NCBI GenBank assembly: GCA_020634615.1
Contig: JACKBI010000001.1
Coordinates: 459,261-523,260, forward strand
DNA from: Anaerolineales bacterium
Lineage (GTDB): Bacteria; Chloroflexota; Anaerolineae; JAAEKA01
DNA length: 64,000 nt
Direction: 5' to 3'
A model generated the notes under the pieces. That model saw nothing but the letters and a program-made list of their open reading frames with translations. It was not told the DNA's origin and did not search any database. How positions within the stretch are numbered: the first letter of the stretch is position 1; each line of letters starts with the position of its first letter. The translations under genes were made by a program, and so were the position numbers. This document shows, piece after piece, positions 1 through 8,857 of the stretch.

Positions 1-25
1 CGGCGGTCTGGAACACTGGCAAAAG

Positions 26-1981
26 GTGCGCCGGCAGTGCGAGGACAAGTTCGGCGCCGACCAGATCGACGTGCTGTTCCCCGACTCTGCCTACCAGCTG
101 ACCCACAACGCGTTCTTCCCCAAGGACTGCATCCACGTCGAGAACCTGGGCGGCAGGATCGGCGCGCCGGAGTTGCAGAACCGGCGGCTGACGCTGGGCG
201 TTCCCGTGGCTCTTCAAGGGCGGCGAGGCAGCATTCTGCCGCGCGGTCGGGTTCGTAGAAGACTGATGTCCAGCGTACACGAAATCCGCCGCGGCGTCTA
301 TTACGACTCCGTCGTGTTGATGCAGTTGCAGCGCGCGTTGGCGGCCCTGCCCGAGGTGGAGGACGCGGCGGTGGTCATGGCGACGCCTTCCAACCGCGAC
401 GTGCTGGCATCCACCGGTTTCGATGTTACGGGTATCGAAGCCAAGCCAGAGGACCTGCTGATCGTGGTTAAGGCCAGCAGCCAGCAGGCCGCCGAAGCAG
501 CCCTGGCGCAGGTCGACGCCTTGCTGATCCGCAAGCAGTCCAGCGCCGGCAGCGATTATCGGCCGCGCAGTCTGCGCGCCGCGGCATCGGCGCTGCCCGA
601 CGCCAACTGGGTGCTGATCTCCGTGCCGGGCCGCTACGCCGCCGGCGTGGCGCAGGAAGCGCTGAACCTTGGCAAGCACGTCTTCCTTTATAGCGACAAC
701 GTCACACTGGCCGACGAAATCAAGCTCAAGCAGCAGGCGCGCGCCAGAGGGCTGCTGGTTATGGGGCCAGACTGCGGCACCGCGATCGTCAACGGCGTCG
801 GGCTGGGCTTCGCCAATCGCGTGCGCCGCGGCAAGGTCGGCATCGTCGCAGCGTCGGGTACCGGCCTTCAGGCCGTCAGCAGCGCCGTCCACGAGCTGGG
901 TGCGGGCGTCTCGCAGGCCTTTGGCACCGGCGGCCGCGACCTGAAGGCTGACGTGGGCGGCATCACCGCCTTGCAAGGGCTGGACCTGCTGGCCCGTGAC
1001 CCGCAGACCAAAGTCATTGTGCTGGTCTCCAAGCCGCCGGCCGCGGGCGTCGCCACGACGCTGCTGAACGCCGCCCAATCGACGGGCAAGCCGGTGGTCG
1101 TCAACTTCATCGGCTATCCGCCGCCCGCGCGCCGCCTGGACAATCTGCACTTCGCCGTCAACCTCGATGAAGCAGCTCAACTTGCAGTGGCGCTAAGCGC
1201 AGATTTGCCAAGCATTTCGCCAAGTGCCCAATCTACCAATCTACCAACCTACCAATCTCCCTCCTACCTGCGCGGCCTCTTCTCCGGCGGTACGCTGGCC
1301 GTTGAGGCGTTGCTGGGCTTGCAGGCGACCCTATCGCCGCTTTACTCCAATGTGCCCTTGCACCCGGAGCAGCGGCTGGCCGACAGCTTCCACAGCCAGG
1401 CGCACACGATCCTGGATCTGGGCGAGGACGAGTTCACCCAGGGCCGGCTGCACCCGATGATGGACAACGATCTGCGGCTGCGGCGTATGCGCCAGGAGGC
1501 CGCTGATCCAGAGGTCGGTCTGATCCTGCTGGACGTGGTGCTGGGCGAAGGTTCGCATCCCGACCCGGCCGGCGAGCTCGCCCCGGCCATCGCGCAGATC
1601 AAGGAGAACCGGCCGGAGTTGGAAATCGTAGCGACCGTTGTCGGCACCGACCTGGATCCGCAGGACACTGACGGGCAGGTTGGCAGGCTGGCCGAGGCCG
1701 GTGCGACTGTTTTCCGCACCACCAGCGACGCAGTGGCCTTCATCAGCCAACGGCTGCGCCAGCCGTACAGTTACGACTACCCGGCCCTGCCGCTGGCCCA
1801 TTTTGGCGACAGTCTGGCAGCCATCAACGTCGGGCTGGAAAGCTTCCGCGACAGCCTGGTTGCGCAGAACGCGTCGACCATCCAGGTCGACTGGCGACCG
1901 CCGGCCGGCGGGAACGAATCGATGATGGCCATTCTCGCCAGGATGAAGGGCGGGAAATCACCCGAAGGGAAAGCATCATGA
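26..1981 (+). CDS. fdrA: FdrA-like acyl-CoA synthetase/CoA-binding domain protein. The frame is open to the window start; a probable internal start is at 266 (MSSVHEIRRGVYYDSVVLMQ).
   Basis: Family recall of motifs VRRGVYYDSVVLMQ and a succinyl-CoA-synthetase-alpha-like Gly-rich region. 266..1981 gives 571 aa, about FdrA length. TGA overlaps the ATG of the next gene. Confidence 0.6.
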   Translation: MRRQCEDKFGADQIDVLFPDSAYQLTHNAFFPKDCIHVENLGGRIGAPELQNRRLTLGVPVALQGRRGSILPRGRVRRRLMSSVHEIRRGVYYDSVVLMQLQRALAALPEVEDAAVVMATPSNRDVLASTGFDVTGIEAKPEDLLIVVKASSQQAAEAALAQVDALLIRKQSSAGSDYRPRSLRAAASALPDANWVLISVPGRYAAGVAQEALNLGKHVFLYSDNVTLADEIKLKQQARARGLLVMGPDCGTAIVNGVGLGFANRVRRGKVGIVAASGTGLQAVSSAVHELGAGVSQAFGTGGRDLKADVGGITALQGLDLLARDPQTKVIVLVSKPPAAGVATTLLNAAQSTGKPVVVNFIGYPPPARRLDNLHFAVNLDEAAQLAVALSADLPSISPSAQSTNLPTYQSPSYLRGLFSGGTLAVEALLGLQATLSPLYSNVPLHPEQRLADSFHSQAHTILDLGEDEFTQGRLHPMMDNDLRLRRMRQEAADPEVGLILLDVVLGEGSHPDPAGELAPAIAQIKENRPELEIVATVVGTDLDPQDTDGQVGRLAEAGATVFRTTSDAVAFISQRLRQPYSYDYPALPLAHFGDSLAAINVGLESFRDSLVAQNASTIQVDWRPPAGGNESMMAILARMKGGKSPEGKAS

Positions 1982-3225
1982 TTGACATCGAACGAGCCAA
2001 CGAAATAGCGGTCGAGCGCATGACCTCGGCGCGGCCGATACTGACCGGCGTTGCCTCGGCGCGCGACGTAATTCCCGGCATGCGCGACAACCTGCTGCTG
2101 CACGCCGGCCCGCCCATCACCTGGGACCGGGCGTCCGGTCCGCTGCGCGGCGCAATCATCGGCGCACTGATTTTCGAAGGACTGGCCACCGACGAGGCCA
2201 GCGCCGAGGCGCTGGTGCGTTCTGGCGAGGTGACGCTGGAGCCGTGCCACGAGCACGACTCGGTTGGTCCCATGGCCGGCGTGACCTCGGCGTCGATGAT
2301 GGTCAACGTGGTCGAGAATGTCTCCGGCGGCAACCGCGCCTTCTGCAACCTCAACGAGGGTTACGGCAAGGTGCTGCGCTACGGCGCCTACAGCCCCGAG
2401 GTGATCGCCAAGCTGCGCTGGATGAACGATGTGCTGGGATCGGTGCTGGCCGAGGCGCTGGCGCTGACCGGCGAGGGCGTGGACATGCGTGCCCTGCTGG
2501 CCGAGTCGCTGCAGATGGGCGACGAGGGCCACAACCGCAACAAGGCCGGCTCGATCCTGTTCACCGCCAAGCTGGCGCCCTCCATCGTGCGCACCCGTGC
2601 CAGCAAGGAGGAGATCGGCCAGGTCTTGCAGTTCATGGTCGACAACGCGCTGATCGTGCTCAACCCGGTGATGGCGGCGTGCAAGGCGATGGCCGACGCC
2701 GGCCACGGCGTCGAGGGCAGCACCATCATGACCGCGATGGCCAGGAACGGCACCGACCTGGGCATTCGCGTCAGCGGGCTGGGGAACCGTTGGTTCACCG
2801 GCCCGTCGCAGGTGCCCGACGGCCTCTACTTCCCCGGTTTCACCAGCGCCGACGCTAACCCCGACATCGGCGACAGCACCATCACCGAGACGGCCGGGAT
2901 CGGCGCGTTCGCGATGGCCGGCGCGCCCGCGATTGTCTCCTTCGTCAGCGGCACGCCGCAGGACGCGGTCAACACGACGCTGGAGATGTACGAGATCACC
3001 ACCGCCGAGCATCCTTTCTTCAAGATGCCCGCGCTGGACTTCCGCGGCACGCCGGTGGGCGTGGACATCCGCAAGGTGATCGAACTTGGCATCTTGCCGC
3101 GCATCAACACCGGCATCGCCCACCGCGAGGCGGGCGTCGGCCAGGTCGGCGCCGGACTCGCGCTGCCGCCGGTGGAGGCGTTCGAGAAGGCGCTGATGGC
3201 GTACGCGGAGATGTATCTGGCGTGA
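1978..3225 (+). CDS. DUF1116 (YlbE-like) protein
   Basis: ATGA overlap with the upstream fdrA-like gene, mirroring the E. coli fdrA-ylbE order. LLHAGPPI motif recalled from this family. Confidence 0.6.
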   Translation: MIDIERANEIAVERMTSARPILTGVASARDVIPGMRDNLLLHAGPPITWDRASGPLRGAIIGALIFEGLATDEASAEALVRSGEVTLEPCHEHDSVGPMAGVTSASMMVNVVENVSGGNRAFCNLNEGYGKVLRYGAYSPEVIAKLRWMNDVLGSVLAEALALTGEGVDMRALLAESLQMGDEGHNRNKAGSILFTAKLAPSIVRTRASKEEIGQVLQFMVDNALIVLNPVMAACKAMADAGHGVEGSTIMTAMARNGTDLGIRVSGLGNRWFTGPSQVPDGLYFPGFTSADANPDIGDSTITETAGIGAFAMAGAPAIVSFVSGTPQDAVNTTLEMYEITTAEHPFFKMPALDFRGTPVGVDIRKVIELGILPRINTGIAHREAGVGQVGAGLALPPVEAFEKALMAYAEMYLA

Positions 3226-3345
3226 CTCGTGAACCTGGAAGCGTGCGCTGAGTTCTGCGTACGCCTCCAGGTTTCGATGGTCTCGGTTCACCTCAAAGGG
3301 TGGGGTCTTGGCGTCGCGCATCGGAAGCGAAGAAAGAGAGCTGCC

Positions 3346-3693
3346 ATGAAACGACAACGGATAGCCAGTCTTGCCAGCTTGAGACCAACTGCAACGGTTC
3401 TCGGACTCTTGATTGCCGGCGTGGCAGTTGCTGCTTGCTTTGCGCCGTCAGAAGTCACATCACGACCTACGGCTGTTGTTGCTGTTGCAACAGACACAGA
3501 TGACTCGCATGCTGATGCAGCGACTGTAGTACCGGTTGCCGACGCAGACCCTGTAAGAGCCGTGATGCCGACCTCGGTCATCACGGCCAACGCTTCAACA
3601 GACTTCAACATCCTTGCGGGAACCTGGGGGTCAGAGGACTACTTCACGCCGATTATCGAGATCGATGCAACCGGCGCCTTCACATCCACTTAG
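3346..3693 (+). CDS. hypothetical lipoprotein or secreted protein
   Basis: Start MKRQRIASLASL follows a GAAAGAGAG RBS-like run. Hydrophobic signal ending ...VAVAAC (lipobox-like). GC is lower than the flanks. Confidence 0.4.
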   Translation: MKRQRIASLASLRPTATVLGLLIAGVAVAACFAPSEVTSRPTAVVAVATDTDDSHADAATVVPVADADPVRAVMPTSVITANASTDFNILAGTWGSEDYFTPIIEIDATGAFTST

Positions 3694-3766
3694 GCCAACG
3701 CAGGAAAATGTTTATACGGGTGTGAACACGAATAGAAGGATTTACCAGTGTGACAACACTCGTCGA

Positions 3767-4522
3767 ATGTGTTCTTGTATACTTAGATTCGTGCATTGGC
3801 CTTACAACTTTGATAAAATAGTTGATCCTGATGTGGAGTATCCAAGCTTGGTGTTCACGGGCGTAATATGGATTGAAGACGGCCAGTATCTCGTGAACGC
3901 TCCTTTCACCACATCGTTGATCCCTCAGGCAAACCTGCTGCTGGTCGACGGCTACTTCGACTATGTCATGCACAAAGGTGAGGCTGACGGCGGCTTTCAG
4001 CCCTATGACCCCGCCAACGCGACAAGACTGCCTCCTGTTGAATCCAGTACCGTCATCTCGGCTTCCATCGTCGACTTCTGGACTGGCCTATCGCCGCTCG
4101 CGCCAGTTGAGTCGCAGTACGAGTTGCACGCCGCGGAAGAAGGGCTCGTGGGAATGGCATTCTTCTCGGTAGCCGGATATGAAAACCCAATTACGGCAAC
4201 CACAGCTATCAGTGTGCCGCCGGCAGTTTGGCAAGAAGCTCTCGCAGTCGTTGCTGACATGCCTCTTGAAACCGGCCCTTATCTGCCGGCCTTCTACGTT
4301 ACTGACGACTATCCTTCGGTCGCGCTAGTCATCAAGACCGCTGACAACGAGTTTCGTTTCGAGTCACAATCTCAGGGTCAGGATTACGTGCCATGGAAGG
4401 TGTTAGTCAATGACCAGGAATTCGTGACCTATTCAGACTATCCCGCCAAGGCATTGCAGGTGCTCGAACCCTATCTGGCACGCCAGGTCTTGGAAGGACT
4501 CAAGGAACAAGCCTGGCCGTAG
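3767..4522 (+). CDS. hypothetical protein (start uncertain)
   Basis: Long ORF in a lower-GC patch. The first ~150 nt of the ORF-track frame is an AT-rich probable promoter region, so a later Met was chosen. Confidence 0.35.
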   Translation: MCSCILRFVHWPYNFDKIVDPDVEYPSLVFTGVIWIEDGQYLVNAPFTTSLIPQANLLLVDGYFDYVMHKGEADGGFQPYDPANATRLPPVESSTVISASIVDFWTGLSPLAPVESQYELHAAEEGLVGMAFFSVAGYENPITATTAISVPPAVWQEALAVVADMPLETGPYLPAFYVTDDYPSVALVIKTADNEFRFESQSQGQDYVPWKVLVNDQEFVTYSDYPAKALQVLEPYLARQVLEGLKEQAWP

Positions 4523-4694
4523 ATCTGTCGATGTCGTGATTCAGTGACTGCCAATCCGCCACTTCCACGAAAGCGGAAATCCAGATCTATGGCCTGTGTT
4601 TCTTGCTTCGGCGCATGCCGTCGCTAGGCATGGGGAACTTGGCGGGAATGACAGGTGGGCGTTGTCAAACACAAATAGTCGTGAGGATGTAGTG

Positions 4695-4925
4695 ATGGAA
4701 ACAATGACGTTAGATCAGGTGCCCGACGCCGCGATGGAACTGTCGTTTGACCAGCGGGAGATGCTGCTGGAGATTATCCTCAGCCGGCAGATCGATACAC
4801 GCCGCAGCGAAATCGTGACTGATGCCGAGACGTCCCTGGCCGAGTACCGTGCCGGCAAGCTTAAGCCCCAGATGGCGGAAGAGGTCATCAACAAGTTGCG
4901 TCGGGAGCTTGAAGACTCTGAATGA
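4695..4925 (+). CDS. small addiction-module-component-like protein (tentative)
   Basis: 76 aa charged helical protein (…LSFDQREMLLEIILS…AEYRAGKLK…). GAGGATG RBS 6 nt upstream. Its stop overlaps the next start. Confidence 0.3.
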   Translation: METMTLDQVPDAAMELSFDQREMLLEIILSRQIDTRRSEIVTDAETSLAEYRAGKLKPQMAEEVINKLRRELEDSE

Positions 4926-5446
4926 GAGGACCCAACATGCCAAGAGTAGCCCCTGTATTGGACCACACCCTCCACATGATCGAAGACCTGCGCGGGCAGG
5001 TGCGTGACCTGATTGCTGACCTGCCGGCGGAGGCGTTGAACTGGCTGCCGCTGCCGGAGGCGGAGGACCACTCGATGAACTCGCTGGCCGTCATGGCCGC
5101 GCACGTAGCCGGCGCGGAGCATTTCTGGATCGCCGAGGTGATCGGCGGCTACCCGGCCACGCGCGACCGGCCCGCCGAGTTCGTCACCGAGGTGGACGGG
5201 CCGGACAGCCTGCTGGCCCGGCTGGACGAAGTTGGCGCGGAGACGCGCGAGGTCTTCGCGCGCCTGACCGCCGCGGATCTGGACGAGATCCGCCAGGCGC
5301 ACGAGCGGGCGGTGACGACGCGCTGGGCCATTCTGCACGTCATCGACCACACGGCGCTGCATCTGGGCCACATGCAGATCACCTACCAACTGTGGATGGG
5401 CGGCGGCAGCAAGCCCTCGCCGCGCTGGTACGAGCGTTTGCCGTAA
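4922..5446 (+). CDS. DinB/DUF664 (DinB_2) family metal-dependent protein
   Basis: His-containing helices (AAHVAGAEHFW, HVIDHTALHLGH) typical of the DinB_2 four-helix-bundle family. ATGA coupling to the upstream small ORF. Confidence 0.55.
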   Translation: MRGPNMPRVAPVLDHTLHMIEDLRGQVRDLIADLPAEALNWLPLPEAEDHSMNSLAVMAAHVAGAEHFWIAEVIGGYPATRDRPAEFVTEVDGPDSLLARLDEVGAETREVFARLTAADLDEIRQAHERAVTTRWAILHVIDHTALHLGHMQITYQLWMGGGSKPSPRWYERLP

Positions 5447-5468
5447 TCAATAAGGAGACCCTGCCGGC

Positions 5469-6317
5469 ATGACCCAACACATCTATTGGCACGCTCCAGT
5501 CTGGGAAGTGCTGCTCTTGGGGTTGACCGGCTTGGCGCTTCTGGCGTGGCTGGTGTGGCGTGCTGTGCGTCGTCCTCATCCGTCAGCGGCACTCTCGGCC
5601 ATCGATCCCGCGCTGAACGACCAACCCCTTTTCTTCTTCGACCGGGTACATGGCATCGTGGCTCTCAACGATGGCGCCCAACAGGTGTTGAATACACTGT
5701 CTGCATCTCAAGATTCGCACTCTCTGGACATTCTAACTGATGCACTGCTGGAGGCGCAGGAAGAATCGCGCCTTGTCCAGCAGGCAGGATGGCCGAAGCC
5801 GGGCTATAGTCTGATAGCAGCTCCCGTTGCCGGCCAGGCGGGGAGCGTCACCGGCGTCTTCGCGTTGGTCGCGCCGGAACCGCCCCTTCTGCCGGCAGAG
5901 CGCCGTATCGATGAGCCGGCCATGCCGGCGACGGACTGGATCGAGATCGGCGCGACGTTGCGACTGCACCGGCAGCGGCCTGCGGTGCGCGTCGAGCGGA
6001 TCGATCCCACGACGACGGGGCAAGCAGCCATGGCCTGGCAGGAAAACCAGATCAGCCCCACGGAAGAGGCGCTATTGCGGCACTTGCTAACGCATTCCAA
6101 TGAAGTGCAGGCTGCGGAAGCGTTGTTTAGCGCTGTATGGCCCGACGATGAAGTGGGCACGTTCGGCTTGCGTCCTGACCAGAAGGACCGCCTACGCCGT
6201 CTGGTCTTTCAACTGCGCCAGCACGTGGAACCCGACCCGCGCGCGCCACGCTACGTGCGAACGGCTCACGGCGCGGGCTACGTGCTGTATTCGAATGGGG
6301 AGCTGGCTCTCCCATGA
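5469..6317 (+). CDS. membrane-anchored transcriptional regulator with a C-terminal OmpR/PhoB-type winged-helix DNA-binding domain
   Basis: N-terminal TM helix (VLLLGLTGLALLAWLVW). C-terminus LTHSNEVQAAEALFSAVWPDDEV…RLRRLVFQLRQHVEPDPRAPRYVRTAHGAGYVL matches the trans_reg_C pattern. Confidence 0.6.
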   Translation: MTQHIYWHAPVWEVLLLGLTGLALLAWLVWRAVRRPHPSAALSAIDPALNDQPLFFFDRVHGIVALNDGAQQVLNTLSASQDSHSLDILTDALLEAQEESRLVQQAGWPKPGYSLIAAPVAGQAGSVTGVFALVAPEPPLLPAERRIDEPAMPATDWIEIGATLRLHRQRPAVRVERIDPTTTGQAAMAWQENQISPTEEALLRHLLTHSNEVQAAEALFSAVWPDDEVGTFGLRPDQKDRLRRLVFQLRQHVEPDPRAPRYVRTAHGAGYVLYSNGELALP

Positions 6318-7870
6318 AACGCTCCAGACGTTGGCTCTCGCTGGCCGGATCGCGCCGGCTGATCGTTAGTCTCACGCTGGTTTGGCTGATGCTCATGCTG
6401 GGCTGGCTGGCGGCGCGCAGCGATGGGGTGGGCGGGCGACCGCTGGTCATCGTGTGGGGTGCCGATCCGGGCAGCTACGACCCGCAGCAGACGTCGAATC
6501 CGGTGGCTCAGGACGTTTTTCGCCACGTCTGCCAGCCCTTGTTCTATGAGGACGAGGGCGGGGCGGTGCGCGGGTTGCTGGCGGAGGATGGGTTTCAATA
6601 CAGCGATGACGGGCGGCGGCTGAGCATTCAACTACGGCCGGACATCACCTTTCACGACGGCGCCGCGCTGACCGCCGAAGTGGTGCAGTCCAGCTTTGAA
6701 CGCTTGCAGCGATTGAGCGTTTCACCCCTGCTCGCCGATCTGCGCGGTGTCGCGGTGACGGCGCAGCCCGACGGACGCACCGTGTTGTTTGACCTGCCGT
6801 CGCCCGACTTCGATTTCGTACGACTGGTGCTGGCCAATCCCTACGCAGCTATCGTGTCGCCGCTGACTCAGGAAACAAATGGACCAGGCTTCGTCGCTTG
6901 CACTGGTCCGTACCAGTTTGCAGCCAGCCTCTATCGTCCCGGCCATTCGTTGACGCTGGTGCGCTTCGCCGATTATCGTTGGCCGCCGGCGCTGTTCGCG
7001 AACCGGAGCGCGCCGCGCATCGCCCGTATTCGCTTTGACTTCATTGCCGATCGCGCTGAACGCCTCGATGCGCTGGTCGACGGCCAAGGCTGTGTCTTAA
7101 GTCTGAGCGCAGAGGATGTGAAGCAGGTAGCGGATATCCCCCGGTTTCGACTCTACGAGGCCACGGGAGGCGTCACCTATCTGGGCTTCAACTTCCAACG
7201 GGGCCGCTGGCAGGATGTGCGGGCGCGTCAAGCTGTCGCCATGGCATTGGATAAAGCCAGCCTGGCGGGTGACGGCCCTTTCCTGGTAGCTGACACGCCG
7301 CTGACGCCCAACACCGTCGGCTACGACCCCAGTGTAGCAGTTGCCGGCTATGGCTATGCTCCAGAGCGAAGTCGGAAGCTGCTGGCTGAGGCCGGTTTCG
7401 ACAGCGACGCCGAGGTGGTGCTGCTGATCCCCGAAAGCAGCACCTATCGCCAACTGGCCGCCGCCGTGCAGCAGCAGTTGCAGGCTATTGGGTTGAGCCA
7501 GATCCGGCTGCGTGAGGTTGCGCGCTCCGATATCTTGACACAGCGCCAGGATTTCGATCTGCTGTTGTTCGATTACGCCTGGGGAGACTATACAGCGTTG
7601 GGCATCTTCCTCGGCCCGGGGCCGCGCAACCTGCTCAACTACTCCGGCGGTGACGTGGCTCACCTGGTGAACCAGGCGCGCCTGACAGCGGATCTCAACC
7701 TGCGCCAGCAATACGTGAACGAGGCGCAACGGGCTGTGCTGGAACAGGCCGTCTGGCAGCCATTGCTGGTGCGGCAGATCACCTTCGCCGTGGATGGCGA
7801 GTGCGTGCAGGGCGAGCGCCAGTCTCCTTATGGAGAACTCCTCTTCTACGATGCTGACACTGCTCCCTGA
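6314..7870 (+). CDS. ABC transporter substrate-binding protein, family 5 (oligopeptide/nickel type)
   Basis: N-terminal signal/TM then a typical SBP_bac_5 architecture (…LVIVWGADPGSYDPQQTSN…, ~518 aa). ATGA overlap with the upstream regulator gene. Confidence 0.6.
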   Translation: MKRSRRWLSLAGSRRLIVSLTLVWLMLMLGWLAARSDGVGGRPLVIVWGADPGSYDPQQTSNPVAQDVFRHVCQPLFYEDEGGAVRGLLAEDGFQYSDDGRRLSIQLRPDITFHDGAALTAEVVQSSFERLQRLSVSPLLADLRGVAVTAQPDGRTVLFDLPSPDFDFVRLVLANPYAAIVSPLTQETNGPGFVACTGPYQFAASLYRPGHSLTLVRFADYRWPPALFANRSAPRIARIRFDFIADRAERLDALVDGQGCVLSLSAEDVKQVADIPRFRLYEATGGVTYLGFNFQRGRWQDVRARQAVAMALDKASLAGDGPFLVADTPLTPNTVGYDPSVAVAGYGYAPERSRKLLAEAGFDSDAEVVLLIPESSTYRQLAAAVQQQLQAIGLSQIRLREVARSDILTQRQDFDLLLFDYAWGDYTALGIFLGPGPRNLLNYSGGDVAHLVNQARLTADLNLRQQYVNEAQRAVLEQAVWQPLLVRQITFAVDGECVQGERQSPYGELLFYDADTAP

Positions 7871-7958
7871 CACCATGGATCGATTGGCCATAGATCAACA
7901 GCAGGCCTATATCTTGTGGTGTTGGCGAAAAGAACTCTGTATATCGCGTAATACCTTT

Positions 7959-8063
7959 GGGGTAGCCGCCGGAAATCACAAACAATCATGAAAAATCACA
8001 AAGTATCATGAAATCTGGGGCGGTTTTGTAGTATGGTGGAGAAGCCACCGAGGCGTTCGGTGA
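7959..8063. promoter_or_regulatory. conserved upstream element, copy A: tandem 20-bp direct repeats AATCACAAACAATCATGAAA / AATCACAAAGTATCATGAAA, then TTTTGTAGTATGGTGGA and a conserved leader
   Basis: Near-identical sequence also at 8676-8826 and 14764-14915. Each copy ends 27-35 bp before an AGGAGG RBS and the ATG of a secreted-protein gene. Confidence 0.5.
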
Positions 8064-8093
8064 ACGGAGCTTGGAAATAGAGGAGGTTTCACT

Positions 8094-8498
8094 ATGTTGA
8101 AGCGAGGCATTGGGTTGGTCGTCGTGTTTGCGCTGTTGGGCGTGTTGTTCGTGGCTGCCATAGCGTCTGCCCAGGACGGTGAAGAAGGCCCCATCCAGCC
8201 ATGGGAGATTGCACAGAAGGGCGGATACAACGTCATCGCGATTCACGAGGAAGTAGGCATAGACACATTGGACCGTGTTCATGCCTTGTTGACACAGGAA
8301 TATGGCGACAAGGTGCTGTACTGGACGGTTCAAGAAATTGATGGTGTCCAACATGTTTATGCCTACCCATACAGAGAGGGGGAAGACGCCAAGACATTCG
8401 TTGAGCTAATCGAGAGAACTGTGAATGACGATTTGGCTGTGACGTACTGGAAGCGACTACACCTTCCTGCTTGCACCAGGAGTTCTATGCGCTGCTAA
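8094..8498 (+). CDS. secreted hypothetical protein, first of two homologous ~75 aa domains. Frame ends prematurely (…VTYWKRLHLPACTRSSMRC*).
   Basis: AGGAGG RBS at 8081-8086. Signal peptide MLKRGIGLVVVFALLGVLFVAAIASAQD. Domain 1 (…LTQEYGDKVLYWTVQEIDGVQHVYAYPY…) is homologous to the product of the overlapping downstream ORF. Confidence 0.45.
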   Translation: MLKRGIGLVVVFALLGVLFVAAIASAQDGEEGPIQPWEIAQKGGYNVIAIHEEVGIDTLDRVHALLTQEYGDKVLYWTVQEIDGVQHVYAYPYREGEDAKTFVELIERTVNDDLAVTYWKRLHLPACTRSSMRC

Positions 8499-8728
8499 AC
8501 AATCGTTTCGGCGAGAAGTTGTTGACATGGAGCGTCCAGGAATTGGATGCTCTACACTATGTCTATGCATTTCCCCCCTATCCTGATCGTGATCAGAACA
8601 TGGCGTTCGCGGAGGAACTGGAGAGTTTCGTGGAGGGCTACGCCGAAGATACAACTTGCAGCAGGATAGAGGACTTCGACGCTCACTTTCCGATGATCGA
8701 CAACACGCAGGGATCACTTGGGCAGTAG
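8471..8728 (+). CDS. second homologous domain (TTG-start ORF in a shifted frame). Probably the frameshifted 3' part of the same gene.
   Basis: LLNNRFGEKLLTWSVQELDALHYVYAFPPYPD aligns with domain 1. No own signal peptide and no RBS. Overlaps the upstream ORF by 28 nt. Confidence 0.35.
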   Translation: MHQEFYALLNNRFGEKLLTWSVQELDALHYVYAFPPYPDRDQNMAFAEELESFVEGYAEDTTCSRIEDFDAHFPMIDNTQGSLGQ

Positions 8729-8826
8729 CCGCCGAAAATCACAAACAATCATGAAAAATCACAAAGTCTCATGAAATCTGAGGTGGTTTTGTAGTATGAT
8801 GAATGTGTCGCCGAGGAGTTCGGTGG
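8676..8826. promoter_or_regulatory. conserved upstream element, copy B. Includes the 3' coding end …DAHFPMIDNTQGSLGQ* of the preceding ORF, the direct repeats and the TAGTAT box.
   Basis: About 88% identical to copy C across ~150 bp. Direct repeats at 8737-8776, TAGTAT at 8792-8797. Confidence 0.5.
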
Positions 8827-8857
8827 ATGTTGAATGCCTTACGCAGGAGGTAATGAA

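Noticed and set aside
1777-3357. Long antisense ORFs in high-GC coding regions (e.g. 1777..3357 -, 18902..20260 +, 20317..21504 +, 21632..23089 +, 23796..24770 +, 55605..57161 -, 27385..28074 -, 39535..39957 -)
   Set aside because: They lie opposite well-supported genes, have Arg/Ala/Gly/Pro-dominated low-complexity translations typical of out-of-frame high-GC DNA, and lack RBS or homology.
3229-4522. Possibility that ORFs 3229..3693 and 3614..4522 are one frameshifted gene
   Set aside because: The overlapping part of the second frame translates to Arg-rich nonsense, and the start of the second ORF is AT-rich promoter-like DNA. Separate genes are more plausible.
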